A stretch of 64,000 nt of DNA. Origin: Candidatus Fermentibacteraceae bacterium (lineage in GTDB: Bacteria; Fermentibacterota; Fermentibacteria; Fermentibacterales; JCC-6). A model generated the notes under the pieces. It saw only the letters and a program-made list of their open reading frames with translations, was not told the DNA's origin and searched no databases. The stretch spans positions 1-64,000 of the forward strand of contig JBGSZS010000018.1 in NCBI GenBank assembly GCA_041750285.1. The letters run 5' to 3'. Made by a program: the position numbers and the translations under genes. Shown piece after piece: positions 36,185 to 46,402 of the stretch (positions within the stretch are counted from its first letter, which is position 1; the number at the start of each line of letters is the position of its first letter).

Positions 36185-38869
36185 ATGAACGTTCACGGAC
36201 TCGACAGCATACTAAAACCCACCAGAATTGCCATAACCGGCGTGACCATAAATCCGAACAGCGTGGGGGGAAGGGTTCTGCGGAACCTTGTGGGCGGCGC
36301 CTTCAGGGGGGTGGTCTACCCCGTCAATCCGGGGAGCGAGGCTGTCATGGGGGTTCCGTGCTACCCCGCAATCGGGGACCTTCCCAGAACACCGGACCTT
36401 GTCACGGTCTGTTCCCCGGCGGCGGAAGTGGAGGGCATCCTATCGGAATGCGCCGAGGCTGGTGTTAAGGGTGTCATAATAATGTCGGCCGGGTTCGGGG
36501 AAGCGGGACCCGAGGGCGCACGCATGCAGCGCAAGCTCGCGGAGATCCGCGGAAGCAACCCGGGCATGAGGATATTGGGCCCCAACTGTCTGGGAGTGAT
36601 CGTTCCCGCAATGAACCTGAACGCCAGTTTCGCCCCGTCCATGCCCGGCAACGGCAGTATTGCCTTCATAAGCCAGTCCGGCGCCCTCTGCACTTCCGTT
36701 CTGGACTGGGCGAGACAGGAGAAGATCGGGTTCTCGGCCTTCGTTTCAGTCGGAAACGCCCTGGACGTGGATTTTTCGGATCTCATAGACTATTTCGGTG
36801 AGGACGAGTCGACCGAGTCCATCATCCTGTACGTTGAATCGGTGGCCGGAGCCAGGCGTTTCATGACGGCGGCCAGGGCATTCGCCAGGGCAAAGCCCAT
36901 CATAGTCTACAAGGCCGGGAGGTTCCCCCGGTCGGCAGCGGTTGCCGCATCCCATACGGGCGCAATGGTCTCGGAAGATGCCGTGTACGATGCGGCGTTC
37001 TCGCGGGCGGGAATGGCCAGGGTGCTGAACGTCGGCGGTATCTTCGGCTGTGCCGAGTTGATAGGACGCAAGAAGGTTCCAAAGGGGCCAAGGCTGGGAA
37101 TAGTCTCAAACGCAGGCGGTCCCGGGGTGATGGCCGTCGATGCGCTGATGGCCGGAAACGGAACACTGGCAGAGTTGTCCGAGGAGAGCATCTGCGCTCT
37201 GAACGAATGCCTGCCCGGCTTCTGGTCCGGCGCCAATCCGGTCGACATTCTTGGTGACGCAGGTACAAAAAGGTACGAGAAAGCCTCCACCATAGTTCTC
37301 TCCGACAAGGGTGTCGATGCGCTTCTGGTGATACTTACCCCGCAGGCCATGACGAAGCCCGACGGTGTAGCCAGGAGCATCGGCAAGCTGGCCGAAACCG
37401 CAAGAAAGCCGATCCTGACGGCATGGATGGGTGGCGAGTCGGTCATGGAGGGCACCAGGATCCTTGCGGAACGCGGAATTCCGGTGTACTCCACGCCGGA
37501 GCAGGCCGTCGAAGCCTTCATGACACTGGTGAGTTACTCCCGAAACCTCGAGTCGCTTCACCAGACCCCGCGTGACATCAGGCTCGAACTCACGGCTTCC
37601 CGAGAACGGGCCAAGGAGTTCATCGATCAGAAAGGCATGGCCGCCAGGACCATACTCTCCGAGCCCGACTCGAAGCACCTGCTTTCCCTCTATGGCATAC
37701 AGGTCACTGCACCCGTCCCCGCATCGACTCCCGACTCCGCCGTTGCGACCGCCGAAACCGTGGGCTACCCTGTCGTGCTCAAACTGGATTCTCCTGACAT
37801 CACCCACAAGACCGAAGCCGGTGGAGTGGAGTTGAACCTGAAGGACGGGGCGCAGGTTCGGTCAGCCTTCGCAAGGATCGTCGAGAAGGCATCCAGGTGG
37901 CAACCCGGCGCAGTTGTCAGGGGTGTAACCGTTCAGAGAATGGCCCAAACCTCATCCGGCATCGAAATGATCCTGGGTTTCAAGCGGGATCCGGTGTTCG
38001 GTTCGGTCATCATGCTGGGCGCAGGCGGAGTGAACGCGGAGATCCTGGGAGACAGCACCCTCGGGTTCCCCCCCCTGAACGAGACCCTCGTGATGAGGAT
38101 GATGGAGAAGCTGAGGATACTGCCTCTTCTCAAGGGCTACAGGGGCAAACCCGGGGTGGACATGAACGCCCTCGTGACAACCGTCATGAGGTTGTCATAC
38201 CTTGCAAGCGACATTCCCGCCGTCACGGAACTCGACATAAACCCACTTCTGGCGACGGCCGAGGGCGCGGTTGCACTGGATGCACGGGCAGTCGTGGATC
38301 CCGGGGGCGTACCGGACAAGCCCTTTGGACACCTTGCCCTCAGGCCCTACCCCGTAGAGTTCGTGGAAAAGGCGGAGCTGAAGGACGGAACCGGGATACT
38401 GCTTCGGCCTATCAGACCCGAAGATGAACCCATGTGGCTCGAGCTTCTGGGGAGCTGCTCACGGGAGTCCATCTACTCACGATTCCGGTTCTTCTACAAC
38501 TGGGCCAGCCATGAAGCCGCAGTGCGTCACTGCTACATCGACTACGACAGGGAGCTGGCGATAGTGGCGGAGATCGAAGCAGAAGGCAAGAGAAAGCTTC
38601 TGGGCGTGGGCCGCCTGGTGGCGGACCCCGGGCTCGGAAGCGCCGAATACGCAGTGCTTGTGGGCGACCCCTGGCAGAACCGTGGACTCGGGGGCATCCT
38701 CACCGACTTCTGCGAACGGATCGCCAGGGAGTGGGGCGCAAAACGGATCGAAGCGCAGACCACGTCGTCCAACAGCAGGATGGTCAGTCTGTTCGTCAAC
38801 AGGTCGTGGTGCCAGGAACCGGGAGAAGAGGGGCTTGTCGAGTTGTGGAAGCAGTTCTCCGACGACTGA
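36185..38869 (+). CDS. NDP-forming acyl-CoA synthetase-like/GNAT fusion (Pat/PatZ-type protein lysine acetyltransferase)
   Basis: ILGPNCLG, SQSGA, NAGGPGV, NPVDILGDA, ATP-grasp DITHKTEAGGV, LDINPL, C-terminal GNAT WQNRGLG. Confidence 0.92.
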   Translation: MNVHGLDSILKPTRIAITGVTINPNSVGGRVLRNLVGGAFRGVVYPVNPGSEAVMGVPCYPAIGDLPRTPDLVTVCSPAAEVEGILSECAEAGVKGVIIMSAGFGEAGPEGARMQRKLAEIRGSNPGMRILGPNCLGVIVPAMNLNASFAPSMPGNGSIAFISQSGALCTSVLDWARQEKIGFSAFVSVGNALDVDFSDLIDYFGEDESTESIILYVESVAGARRFMTAARAFARAKPIIVYKAGRFPRSAAVAASHTGAMVSEDAVYDAAFSRAGMARVLNVGGIFGCAELIGRKKVPKGPRLGIVSNAGGPGVMAVDALMAGNGTLAELSEESICALNECLPGFWSGANPVDILGDAGTKRYEKASTIVLSDKGVDALLVILTPQAMTKPDGVARSIGKLAETARKPILTAWMGGESVMEGTRILAERGIPVYSTPEQAVEAFMTLVSYSRNLESLHQTPRDIRLELTASRERAKEFIDQKGMAARTILSEPDSKHLLSLYGIQVTAPVPASTPDSAVATAETVGYPVVLKLDSPDITHKTEAGGVELNLKDGAQVRSAFARIVEKASRWQPGAVVRGVTVQRMAQTSSGIEMILGFKRDPVFGSVIMLGAGGVNAEILGDSTLGFPPLNETLVMRMMEKLRILPLLKGYRGKPGVDMNALVTTVMRLSYLASDIPAVTELDINPLLATAEGAVALDARAVVDPGGVPDKPFGHLALRPYPVEFVEKAELKDGTGILLRPIRPEDEPMWLELLGSCSRESIYSRFRFFYNWASHEAAVRHCYIDYDRELAIVAEIEAEGKRKLLGVGRLVADPGLGSAEYAVLVGDPWQNRGLGGILTDFCERIAREWGAKRIEAQTTSSNSRMVSLFVNRSWCQEPGEEGLVELWKQFSDD

Positions 38870-38885
38870 CCGGAAACTGAAGGCG

Positions 38886-39377
38886 TCAGCCTCCGCATCT
38901 CCCCACGTCTCCCGCGAGGACCTCGAGGGCATGCGGGAGCAGTGGGATGAGAAAATCCAGGCACTCACGAACAGCTTTGACGCTTCCCGGAAGGTTGACC
39001 ACCAGTGATCCGTTCCTTATGCCCGAACAGCCGCGGCCAAGCCATGCGGATCCCACTTTCTCCGCCGATCTGGCCCGAAGCATCTCGGATACTCCCGGGA
39101 CAAGCCTTTCGCAGACCTGAATTGTCGCCTCTGGTGTAAAATCCCTCGGGGAAAGGCCCGTCCCGCCTGTTGTGAGCACCAGGGACGCCCCGCCGCACAG
39201 CTTGCAGAGGGCCGAAGCCACCGGCTCAATGCCGTCCGGAACCACCATGCTCTCAACGAGCGTGTAGCCGGCCCCTGTCATGACGCCGATGATGCCGGGC
39301 CCGCTGCCGTCTTCCCTGAGACCGGCGGCGCAGGAGTCGCTTACCGTGAGCACTGAAAACGTCTTCAGCGGTCGCAT
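38886..39377 (-). CDS. mog: Molybdopterin adenylyltransferase MogA/MoaB
   Basis: LTVSD, VVPD, TTGGTGLSPRDFTPEAT, NLPGS. ATG start at 39377. Confidence 0.92.
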   Translation of the reverse strand: MRPLKTFSVLTVSDSCAAGLREDGSGPGIIGVMTGAGYTLVESMVVPDGIEPVASALCKLCGGASLVLTTGGTGLSPRDFTPEATIQVCERLVPGVSEMLRARSAEKVGSAWLGRGCSGIRNGSLVVNLPGSVKAVRECLDFLIPLLPHALEVLAGDVGRCGG

Positions 39378-39838
39378 TTCCAGTCTCCGCTCTTCCCTCC
39401 GGTCTTTTCGACGAGGTGTATCCCGCTTATGGCCATTCCCTTGTCGACCGCCTTGAGCATGTCGTAAACAGTCAGCAGAGCAATTGCTGCCCCGGTCAAG
39501 GCCTCCATTTCGAATCCCGTCCTTGCCTCGCCCTTCACGGTGCAGGTGCATCTGAGGGTTGAGTTTGAAAGATCGAAAGCCACGTCGACCTTCTCGAGCG
39601 CAATGGGGTGGCACAGGGGGATGAGTTCCCATGTCCTCTTTGCCGCCTGGATGCCAGCCAGAGCTGCGGTGGTCTCGACCGGACCCTTCCCGCAGGTACC
39701 CAGAGCCGCAAGGCCCCTCTCCCCAAGCTCGATCTCTCCTGCTGCCGTGGCGGTCCTGAGCGCGGGTTCCTTTCGGGACACATCCACCATCATTGGTTTT
39801 CCGTCCCCGTCGAAATGAAGATTTTCTACCACTGTCAC
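39365..39838 (-). CDS. moaC: Cyclic pyranopterin monophosphate synthase
   Basis: MVDVSRK, AAKRTWELIPLCHP, TGFEMEAL, VYDMLKAVD, KTGGKSG. Confidence 0.95.
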   Translation of the reverse strand: MTVVENLHFDGDGKPMMVDVSRKEPALRTATAAGEIELGERGLAALGTCGKGPVETTAALAGIQAAKRTWELIPLCHPIALEKVDVAFDLSNSTLRCTCTVKGEARTGFEMEALTGAAIALLTVYDMLKAVDKGMAISGIHLVEKTGGKSGDWKCDR

Positions 39839-40758
39839 CCTCCGATCCGCCACATGGGCAGGGAATGGCAGTTCCCGCGCTCGGGCTTGGCGGCCACGGC
39901 ATCGAGAACAACACTGCAAAGTTCGGTATCCGGGGCTCCGGACATGGCCAGCGGTTTCAGGTCAACGGCTCCGACCCCCGACAGGCAGGGCATGAAAACC
40001 CCCTGAGCCGTCAGCCTGACCCTTCCGCAGGTGGGGCAGAGGTGCCCGGATACGGGCGCAATAATCCCGAACCGCAGCCCGTCAGGCCTGAGCCAGGTCT
40101 CCTCAGTGCCCTCCCTTCCAACTGGTTCTCCTCCCCCCGCAAGTTCTGCTATCTCGTCACGAAGGATCATTCCCCCATCTTCATCCCCGTCGGGCATGTG
40201 TTCGATGAACCTCACGTGAACGCCCATACGCGAGCCCCACTCGACGAGATCGCCGAACTCGCAGTCGTTGATCCCCCTGAGGGCAACGCAGTTGATCTTG
40301 ACCGGGGAGAGCCCCGCCTCGATCGCACACCTGACGGCGGCTTCGATCGCACCGAGGGTCACCTCCCTTCGTGCGATTCGCGTCAGCACCGAATCCCTGG
40401 TGCTGTCGAGGCTTATGTTGACCCTTGAAAGCCCGGCGGCGGCCAGCTCACGGGCATGCTCGCAAAGCAGCAGCCCGTTCGTGGTCATAGCAATGTCGGG
40501 AACATCGGGCAGCAGCGGCAGCAGGTTGACAAGACCCTTTCTCACAAGGGGTTCGCCGCCGGTTATCCTTATCCTCTCGAGGTTCAGGGCCATGTGTATC
40601 ACGCATGTCAGCCGCGCCAGCTCCTCGAGGGAGAGCAGGTTGTCGTGTGAGAGGACGGGCACTCCCTGTGCGGGCATGCAGTAGAAGCATCTAAGATTGC
40701 ACCTGTCGGTGACGGAGAGCCTCAGGTGATGCGGCGCACCCCTTGCGGTAACGCTCAT
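39835..40758 (-). CDS. moaA: GTP 3',8-cyclase
   Basis: LRLSVTDRCNLRCFYCMP, CPTCGRVRLTAQG...C, terminal IGG. Confidence 0.95.
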   Translation of the reverse strand: MSVTARGAPHHLRLSVTDRCNLRCFYCMPAQGVPVLSHDNLLSLEELARLTCVIHMALNLERIRITGGEPLVRKGLVNLLPLLPDVPDIAMTTNGLLLCEHARELAAAGLSRVNISLDSTRDSVLTRIARREVTLGAIEAAVRCAIEAGLSPVKINCVALRGINDCEFGDLVEWGSRMGVHVRFIEHMPDGDEDGGMILRDEIAELAGGGEPVGREGTEETWLRPDGLRFGIIAPVSGHLCPTCGRVRLTAQGVFMPCLSGVGAVDLKPLAMSGAPDTELCSVVLDAVAAKPERGNCHSLPMWRIGG

Positions 40759-41963
40759 GACCAGGCTGCCTCGCCCCCGGAACCGCAAAGGTATGAGAAT
40801 TGTACGGTCTCACCCCGGGCCGCGCCCAGGGACGGGGCAGGAAGCAAAACGAGGCAGTCGGCCCCCGCCGCGCTCACAAGGTCTCCCGATCCGTGTGTTT
40901 CGGGAACACTGAGGTCGAACATCCCGTCCGACACAACGGCATTCCCCCTGAAAAATCCCACCCTGCCCGGCTTCTTGCGAAGATCATGAGTCAGACGCCC
41001 CTGCATCCTCGTTTTTCTGAAGCGGGTGAAGCCGGATGTTTTTCTGAGAAAGGGGATGACGAACTCCTCGATGGTCACAAGAACGCTGACGGGATTGCCG
41101 GGAAGGCCGAAGAAGACCTGCCCGCCCCTCACCGCGAAACAGAAAGGCTTGCCGGGTTTCTGGGCGACCTCGTGAAAGAGGAACCGGAAGCCCATCTCTT
41201 CGAGCACCATGGGCACGAAATCGTGAGTGCCCAGGGAAACCCCTCCCGCCATCAGAAGGATGTCCGCCCGGGCAAGGGCTTCAGTGGCTGCTTCCCTGAT
41301 GGCCGACGGTGAATCCTGACAGTGACCGGTTTCCGCTCTGCCAAAACCCGCTGCAGAGAGGGCGGACACTCCCAGAATGCCATTGGCGTTCCTGATCTCG
41401 CCGGGGCTGGGCACCTGGTCCGGCCCGACCACCTCGGAACCTGTGGTGAGAAGGACGCACCCGGGCCTGGCGGCAACCCTGAGACAGGTTCTGCCGGCCA
41501 TTGCGGCCACGCCAAGAGCCGACGGTGTGAGCAGCGATCCGTACGGAAGCACCTCGGTTCCGGCCTCCATGTCCTCCCCGCGGTGGCAGATGTTCTCGCC
41601 CGGAAGCACATCCCTTCCCACAAAAAGCCTGCCTTCCCGGGTTTCGGTGTGCTCCAGCATGACGATGCGGTCGGAACCGGCAGGAAGCTGTGCTCCCGTC
41701 ATGATGGGTGCTGCATGTCCAGGCTCGAGGGACGGAGGGGTTCCGGGTGATGCCGTTATCTCCCCGGTCAGAACAAACCCGTTTCCCCCGCCCGGCAGAG
41801 CAAAGCCGTCTACTGCGCTGCGAGTGAAGGGGGGCATGGGAATGTCGGTGCTTACACCCTCGAGAAGGATCCTGCCGAGCGCCGCGGAAAGCTCGACGCG
41901 TTCCTCCCGGACGGGCAGCGAACATTCGAGTACGGCATCGAGTGCGTCTTCAAAAGAGATCAC
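40755..41963 (-). CDS. moeA: Molybdopterin molybdotransferase
   Basis: PPFTRSAVDGFA, IMTGA, GGVSLGTHD, QKPGKP, GLPGNPVS. Confidence 0.95.
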   Translation of the reverse strand: MISFEDALDAVLECSLPVREERVELSAALGRILLEGVSTDIPMPPFTRSAVDGFALPGGGNGFVLTGEITASPGTPPSLEPGHAAPIMTGAQLPAGSDRIVMLEHTETREGRLFVGRDVLPGENICHRGEDMEAGTEVLPYGSLLTPSALGVAAMAGRTCLRVAARPGCVLLTTGSEVVGPDQVPSPGEIRNANGILGVSALSAAGFGRAETGHCQDSPSAIREAATEALARADILLMAGGVSLGTHDFVPMVLEEMGFRFLFHEVAQKPGKPFCFAVRGGQVFFGLPGNPVSVLVTIEEFVIPFLRKTSGFTRFRKTRMQGRLTHDLRKKPGRVGFFRGNAVVSDGMFDLSVPETHGSGDLVSAAGADCLVLLPAPSLGAARGETVQFSYLCGSGGEAAWS

Positions 41964-42784
41964 AGGTCCTCCAGAACTCTGACATCATTCGAAAGAGCCT
42001 TCTCGAGCTCATCGTATTCCGTCAGAAGCCGTTCCGCCAGACGGGTCAGTCTGCTCCCACCGTTCCGGCTGCCACCGCGTGTCCGGGATACGAGCCGGGC
42101 CCCCATGTTGGCCTCGGCCCTTTCCAGAAGGGTCCATGCCCTGCGGTACGAAATGCCGGACAGCTTCGAACCGGAACTTATGCTTCCGGTTTGACCGATG
42201 AACCTCAGCAGCCGGGCGATCCCGTACCCCAGCACCGTGCCCCGGGAAGTACCGAGCCAGCACTTGAAGGCTGGTTTCAGCATTCGGAACCCCGAAAGAC
42301 CCGCGCAGTGAAGGATCATTGAGCACAACTCCCCGTCGGGCGGACACGCAATGGGCGCGGGCACCACGAATGTGGCGCAGGCTGCCAGCTCGGGGTTCTT
42401 CCCTGCGCCCTGCTCAACTTCAAGGTAGACGATACTGTCGGGTCCCACAAACTCCGCTGCGCTGTTGGTCTCCCATACCACCATGTCATTGGAGGATTCC
42501 AGCGGAGGATCGGGCCTGAATTCACAGAGCTGGTCCAGTGTCCAGTACTCGACCAGATAACAGCGCGAGGCTCCGGCAGCTGCACACCTTGCCGTGTCGG
42601 TGCCTTCGGACCCCTCACCCTCGGTAACGGAGAAAACCGTTTTCCCCCTGTGCCTGAGCTTCACATAGGAGCAAACAAGGCCAGCCCCGGCAGCAAGGCC
42701 CAGAAGCGACTGGGCGAGAAGCGTTTTACCGGCCTTTCGGGCGGAGGCGGCTATAACGATATGCCGTGTTTTCATTTCGCTCAT
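41960..42784 (-). CDS. MobB-like P-loop domain fused to a ModE-type winged HTH
   Basis: N-terminal ASARKAGKT and DTARCAAAGA; C-terminal IGQTGSISSGSKLSGISYRRAW...LVSRTRGG...GGSRLT. Confidence 0.75.
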   Translation of the reverse strand: MSEMKTRHIVIAASARKAGKTLLAQSLLGLAAGAGLVCSYVKLRHRGKTVFSVTEGEGSEGTDTARCAAAGASRCYLVEYWTLDQLCEFRPDPPLESSNDMVVWETNSAAEFVGPDSIVYLEVEQGAGKNPELAACATFVVPAPIACPPDGELCSMILHCAGLSGFRMLKPAFKCWLGTSRGTVLGYGIARLLRFIGQTGSISSGSKLSGISYRRAWTLLERAEANMGARLVSRTRGGSRNGGSRLTRLAERLLTEYDELEKALSNDVRVLEDL

Positions 42785-42876
42785 GGCGCGAAATCTAACT
42801 CATGAACCGGCTCCAATCCACCCGGACCGGGGGTCGTCTTATATTCACGGCTCAAGCTCATCCTGAAAGGCAGTTC

Positions 42877-45762
42877 ATGCAGCGTGAAAATGTGGACAGA
42901 CTCGAGGGCGGCTTTCAGCTCATCGAGCAGCGTCAGATGCCGGGAATAAGATGCCATGCGCTGAGGGCGCGCCATGATCCGTCGGGCGCCGAGCTTGTTC
43001 TCCTTAGAAGTCCCGGTGACAGGGAAAAGCTGTTCGCGGCCATATTCAGGACCCCGCCAACCGACAGCACCGGTGTGCCGCACATCCTTGAACACTGCGT
43101 TCTCTGCGGGTCGAAGCGGTTTCCACTGAAGGACCCCTTCATGGAACTCGTCAAGACCAGCATGGCCACCTACATAAACGCCATCACCTACGACGACAGA
43201 ACCCTTTACCCCTGTGCCAGCCTCATCGGAAGGGACTTCTTCAACCTGATGGACGTTTACATGGACGCGGTGTTCCACCCCCTGCTGACCAGACAGTCCT
43301 TCATGCAGGAAGGCCACAGGCTTGACCTGCTGCCCAGCGGTCTGACCTCACGGATGGGGGTCGTTTACAGCGAGATGCGGGGGGCCTATGCAGACCCTGA
43401 CGATTATCTCGAAAGAAAACTTCGAACCCTGATGTTTCCCGACACCACGTACGGACATTGTTCGGGTGGAGAGCCCGACCAGATCCCTCTCCTGACATAC
43501 GAGGCCTTCCTGGAGTTCCACAGGAGGCACTATCACCCATCGAATGCCTGCCTTTTTGTAATGGCCGACATCCCTCCCGGGGAGATAACCGGCTTCCTCG
43601 GCGAGAGGCTGGGGGGGTTCACGAAAAGCAACGCAGTTTTCCCCATAACAACCGAGCCGGTGTTCGATGGGCCATTGTCGGGCGAGTACCCGATCCCGGG
43701 ATCACGAAAAACGGGGAGCACCGTTCTGAGAGCATGGCTTCTTGACAATTGCAGCGACCCGGTTGAAACCCTTGCCATCTCACTGCTGGATGACATACTG
43801 CTCGACAGCGACGCCGCCCCCCTCAGGGAGGCGCTGGTGGAAAGCGGCCTCGGCACTGGACTGGGTCCTTCAGGCTATGACTGCGACATCACACGGCCCA
43901 CATTCACCGCAGGCCTGCGGGGAGTGAAAAAGGGGAACTTCGAAGCCGTGTTCGACCTTGTCGGTAAAACCCTCGAAAAGTGCGCCTCGGGCCTCGACCC
44001 CGACGACACGATGAACCTCCTTCACCGCAAGGAGTTGTTCCTGAGGCGGATAGGACAGCGCTGGAGCCACGGCATCATGGGTGCCGCGGCAAAGGCCTGG
44101 ACCCATGGCAGGAACCCGCTGGACGAGCTCGAGGAGGAGAAGCAGCTCGACGAACTCCGGAAAAGGCTCTCGAAAACCCCCGGACATCTCGAAGATCTCA
44201 TAAAGCGTTACTTCCTCGACAACTCCAGGCGGATCGATGCCGTTTTCACCCCGGATCCCGGGCACTTCGGCAGACTTGGCAGAAGCAGGTCGAAAGCCGC
44301 GAGACTTGAGGGAAAGAACCTGGACACTTCTGAGCGCGCCGCCCTTAAGCGGCTGTCTGATCAGCTCAGGGTCCATCAGGAGTCTCAGGATCCGCCCGAA
44401 GTCCTTGCGAACCTGCCATCTCTGCGTCTCTCCGACATACCCGCCGAACCCGCGGTTCTGAACTGGCACCATGAAGAAAAGGCTTCCGGAGTACATCTCC
44501 TCACCGTTCCATCCTTCACGAACGGGGTCTGCCACATCAATCTCTCCCTCGGGATTGCCCACCTGCCCGAGCGGGACCTTCCCCTTGCGCAGCTTGCCGC
44601 GGAAACGGTCTGCAGTGTCGGAGCTGGCCAGCTCTCATATCAGGAGGTTTCGAGGGAGGAGATGGCCTGTTCGGGAGGCATTTCGGCAGGCGTGGGCTCG
44701 TACGAGCCCCTGAGCGGGCCGGGAACCACTCATCCGGTCATCTCGTTCAACGCTTCCTGCCTCGCATCCGACCTCCCCCGCTTCCTGGGCGTGCTTGAGA
44801 AACGGCTTCATTCTCCCGCGCTCAGCGACACTGCAAGGGTGATGGACGTGGGGCGCGAGGTAAAAAGCGGCATCCACGCCCGGTTTCTCGAAAGCGCCGG
44901 AAGCTTTGCCGGCCTTGAATCCATGGCTGCGCTAAGGGAAGGGATGGAGGTGGTCAGGAGGTTGAAGGGGATGGTCATGGCAAGGGAGACATGCAGGTTG
45001 GTCTCCGGCAGGCCCATAACCCTTTCCCGAAGGATTGAGGGTATCTGGAACCGGATCATCGAAAGCGCTCCTGTAGTCCTTGCCTGGGCGGGTCCTGAAG
45101 AGTCGGCGCCCGTGTTCGAAGACTTCCTTGGGAGGCTTGGCGGAGGCAACAGAATACCTCTGAAGGCCACAGGCTTGTCCAGAACGTCGTACACCCCATT
45201 CACCGGGATAGTCACCGACTCGGAGGTGGCATGCACAGCGGCAGCCTTCCCCGGCAGGGAACCGGATGACCCCGAGTTCGAATCCATGTTCGTGCTGATG
45301 ACACTTCTTGGCAACGGACCGCTATGGAACCAGATCAGGGGAAGGCTGGGCGCCTACGGTGTTTCAGCCTGGGCGGCCCCCGGACTGCTGCTGTTCAACA
45401 CCTATCGCGATCCGGCACCTCCGGAAAGCCTTGCCGTCATGCGCCGGACCTTCCTCGACCCCATGTCGTTCGTTGACTCGGGAGAAAAGGCCTTGAGGGG
45501 AGCTGTCTTCAGCACCCTGCAGAGGCTTGACCCCCTGGTGAGACCCGCCCGTGCACCTTTGACAGCAACCGCAATGTTCCTGACGGAAATGGACAGGAAC
45601 CACCAGAAGAAAGTCTGGCAAAGGCTGCTCGGTGTTGACGCCCACTCCCTTTCGCGCGCCGCAGGAATAATATCCATGGAGTCGGAAAAGGCTGTTGTCT
45701 GTGTGGCTGCAGACCGCAATACACTGACCGTAATGGACGTGTCAGAGTTCATGAAGCTCTGA
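42877..45762 (+). CDS. Presequence protease-like M16C metallopeptidase
   Basis: DSTGVPHILEHCVLCGSKRFPLKDPF, GVVYSEMRGA, YHPSNA, IRGRLGAYG, TYRDP. Confidence 0.93.
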   Translation: MQRENVDRLEGGFQLIEQRQMPGIRCHALRARHDPSGAELVLLRSPGDREKLFAAIFRTPPTDSTGVPHILEHCVLCGSKRFPLKDPFMELVKTSMATYINAITYDDRTLYPCASLIGRDFFNLMDVYMDAVFHPLLTRQSFMQEGHRLDLLPSGLTSRMGVVYSEMRGAYADPDDYLERKLRTLMFPDTTYGHCSGGEPDQIPLLTYEAFLEFHRRHYHPSNACLFVMADIPPGEITGFLGERLGGFTKSNAVFPITTEPVFDGPLSGEYPIPGSRKTGSTVLRAWLLDNCSDPVETLAISLLDDILLDSDAAPLREALVESGLGTGLGPSGYDCDITRPTFTAGLRGVKKGNFEAVFDLVGKTLEKCASGLDPDDTMNLLHRKELFLRRIGQRWSHGIMGAAAKAWTHGRNPLDELEEEKQLDELRKRLSKTPGHLEDLIKRYFLDNSRRIDAVFTPDPGHFGRLGRSRSKAARLEGKNLDTSERAALKRLSDQLRVHQESQDPPEVLANLPSLRLSDIPAEPAVLNWHHEEKASGVHLLTVPSFTNGVCHINLSLGIAHLPERDLPLAQLAAETVCSVGAGQLSYQEVSREEMACSGGISAGVGSYEPLSGPGTTHPVISFNASCLASDLPRFLGVLEKRLHSPALSDTARVMDVGREVKSGIHARFLESAGSFAGLESMAALREGMEVVRRLKGMVMARETCRLVSGRPITLSRRIEGIWNRIIESAPVVLAWAGPEESAPVFEDFLGRLGGGNRIPLKATGLSRTSYTPFTGIVTDSEVACTAAAFPGREPDDPEFESMFVLMTLLGNGPLWNQIRGRLGAYGVSAWAAPGLLLFNTYRDPAPPESLAVMRRTFLDPMSFVDSGEKALRGAVFSTLQRLDPLVRPARAPLTATAMFLTEMDRNHQKKVWQRLLGVDAHSLSRAAGIISMESEKAVVCVAADRNTLTVMDVSEFMKL

Positions 45763-45776
45763 GAAAGGACTGAAAG

Positions 45777-46037
45777 ATGGACATAGTATCGCTTGTCATC
45801 GGTGTTATAGCGGCGATTCTGGGTTTCATACCCTGCTGCAGCTGGCTGGCCCTTGCTCCGGCCATACTCGGGCTTGTCCTCGGCCTTGTCAGCTACAACA
45901 GGAAGCGTGAAGCGGACGCCCCGACAGGCGTCGCCCTGGCGGGAATGATCCTGAACGGCATCGCGATCCTGCTTATAGCCGGTTACACACTGGTTTTCGC
46001 CGCCGGTGACCTGACCTCGGGACTGATGAAGTTCTGA
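45777..46037 (+). CDS. Small membrane protein (DUF4190-like)
   Basis: SLVIGVIA..GLVLG..ALAGMIL pattern; RBS AAAGGA. Confidence 0.65.
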   Translation: MDIVSLVIGVIAAILGFIPCCSWLALAPAILGLVLGLVSYNRKREADAPTGVALAGMILNGIAILLIAGYTLVFAAGDLTSGLMKF

Positions 46038-46075
46038 AGACCTACTTCATCATCAACTGCACTCTCGCGGGGCTC

Positions 46076-46402
46076 ATGGCCTATTGCCTCGTCATACCTC
46101 TCGTGGAACCCTTCATAACAGGGTTGTGGCCGGAACTGACAGTATGCAGGCATGTCGCTTCCACCGGCGAACCGTGCGCCTTCTGCGGTCTGACCCGTGA
46201 CGCCCGGAGCCTCCTTTACGGGGGCAGGATTCCCGACGCCCCCCACAACCCCATGGCTGCTCTGTTGTTCACCCTTTTCGCCTTCGAGGCCCTGTTCCGG
46301 ACATGCGCGATCCTGCTTGCACGCCGGACCCGCCTGCGCCCCTGGCTTCTGGCCGACGCCGGAGTTCACGCGGGGATGGCTGCCCTGCTTCTCCTTCGCT
46401 GA
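46076..46402 (+). CDS. DUF2752-like membrane protein
   Basis: CRHVASTGEPCAFCGLTR...HNP motif; true start may be CTG at 46034, overlapping the upstream stop. Confidence 0.7.
   Translation: MAYCLVIPLVEPFITGLWPELTVCRHVASTGEPCAFCGLTRDARSLLYGGRIPDAPHNPMAALLFTLFAFEALFRTCAILLARRTRLRPWLLADAGVHAGMAALLLLR

Noticed and set aside
38886..39914. 342-aa N-terminally extended MogA or a MoaC-MogA fusion
   Set aside because: The extension is an off-frame read of moaC. The two genes are in different frames with a 13-bp overlap.
42745..42876. ModE operator near the fusion gene
   Set aside because: Only a half-site-like TATAACGAT inside the coding sequence; no full palindrome.
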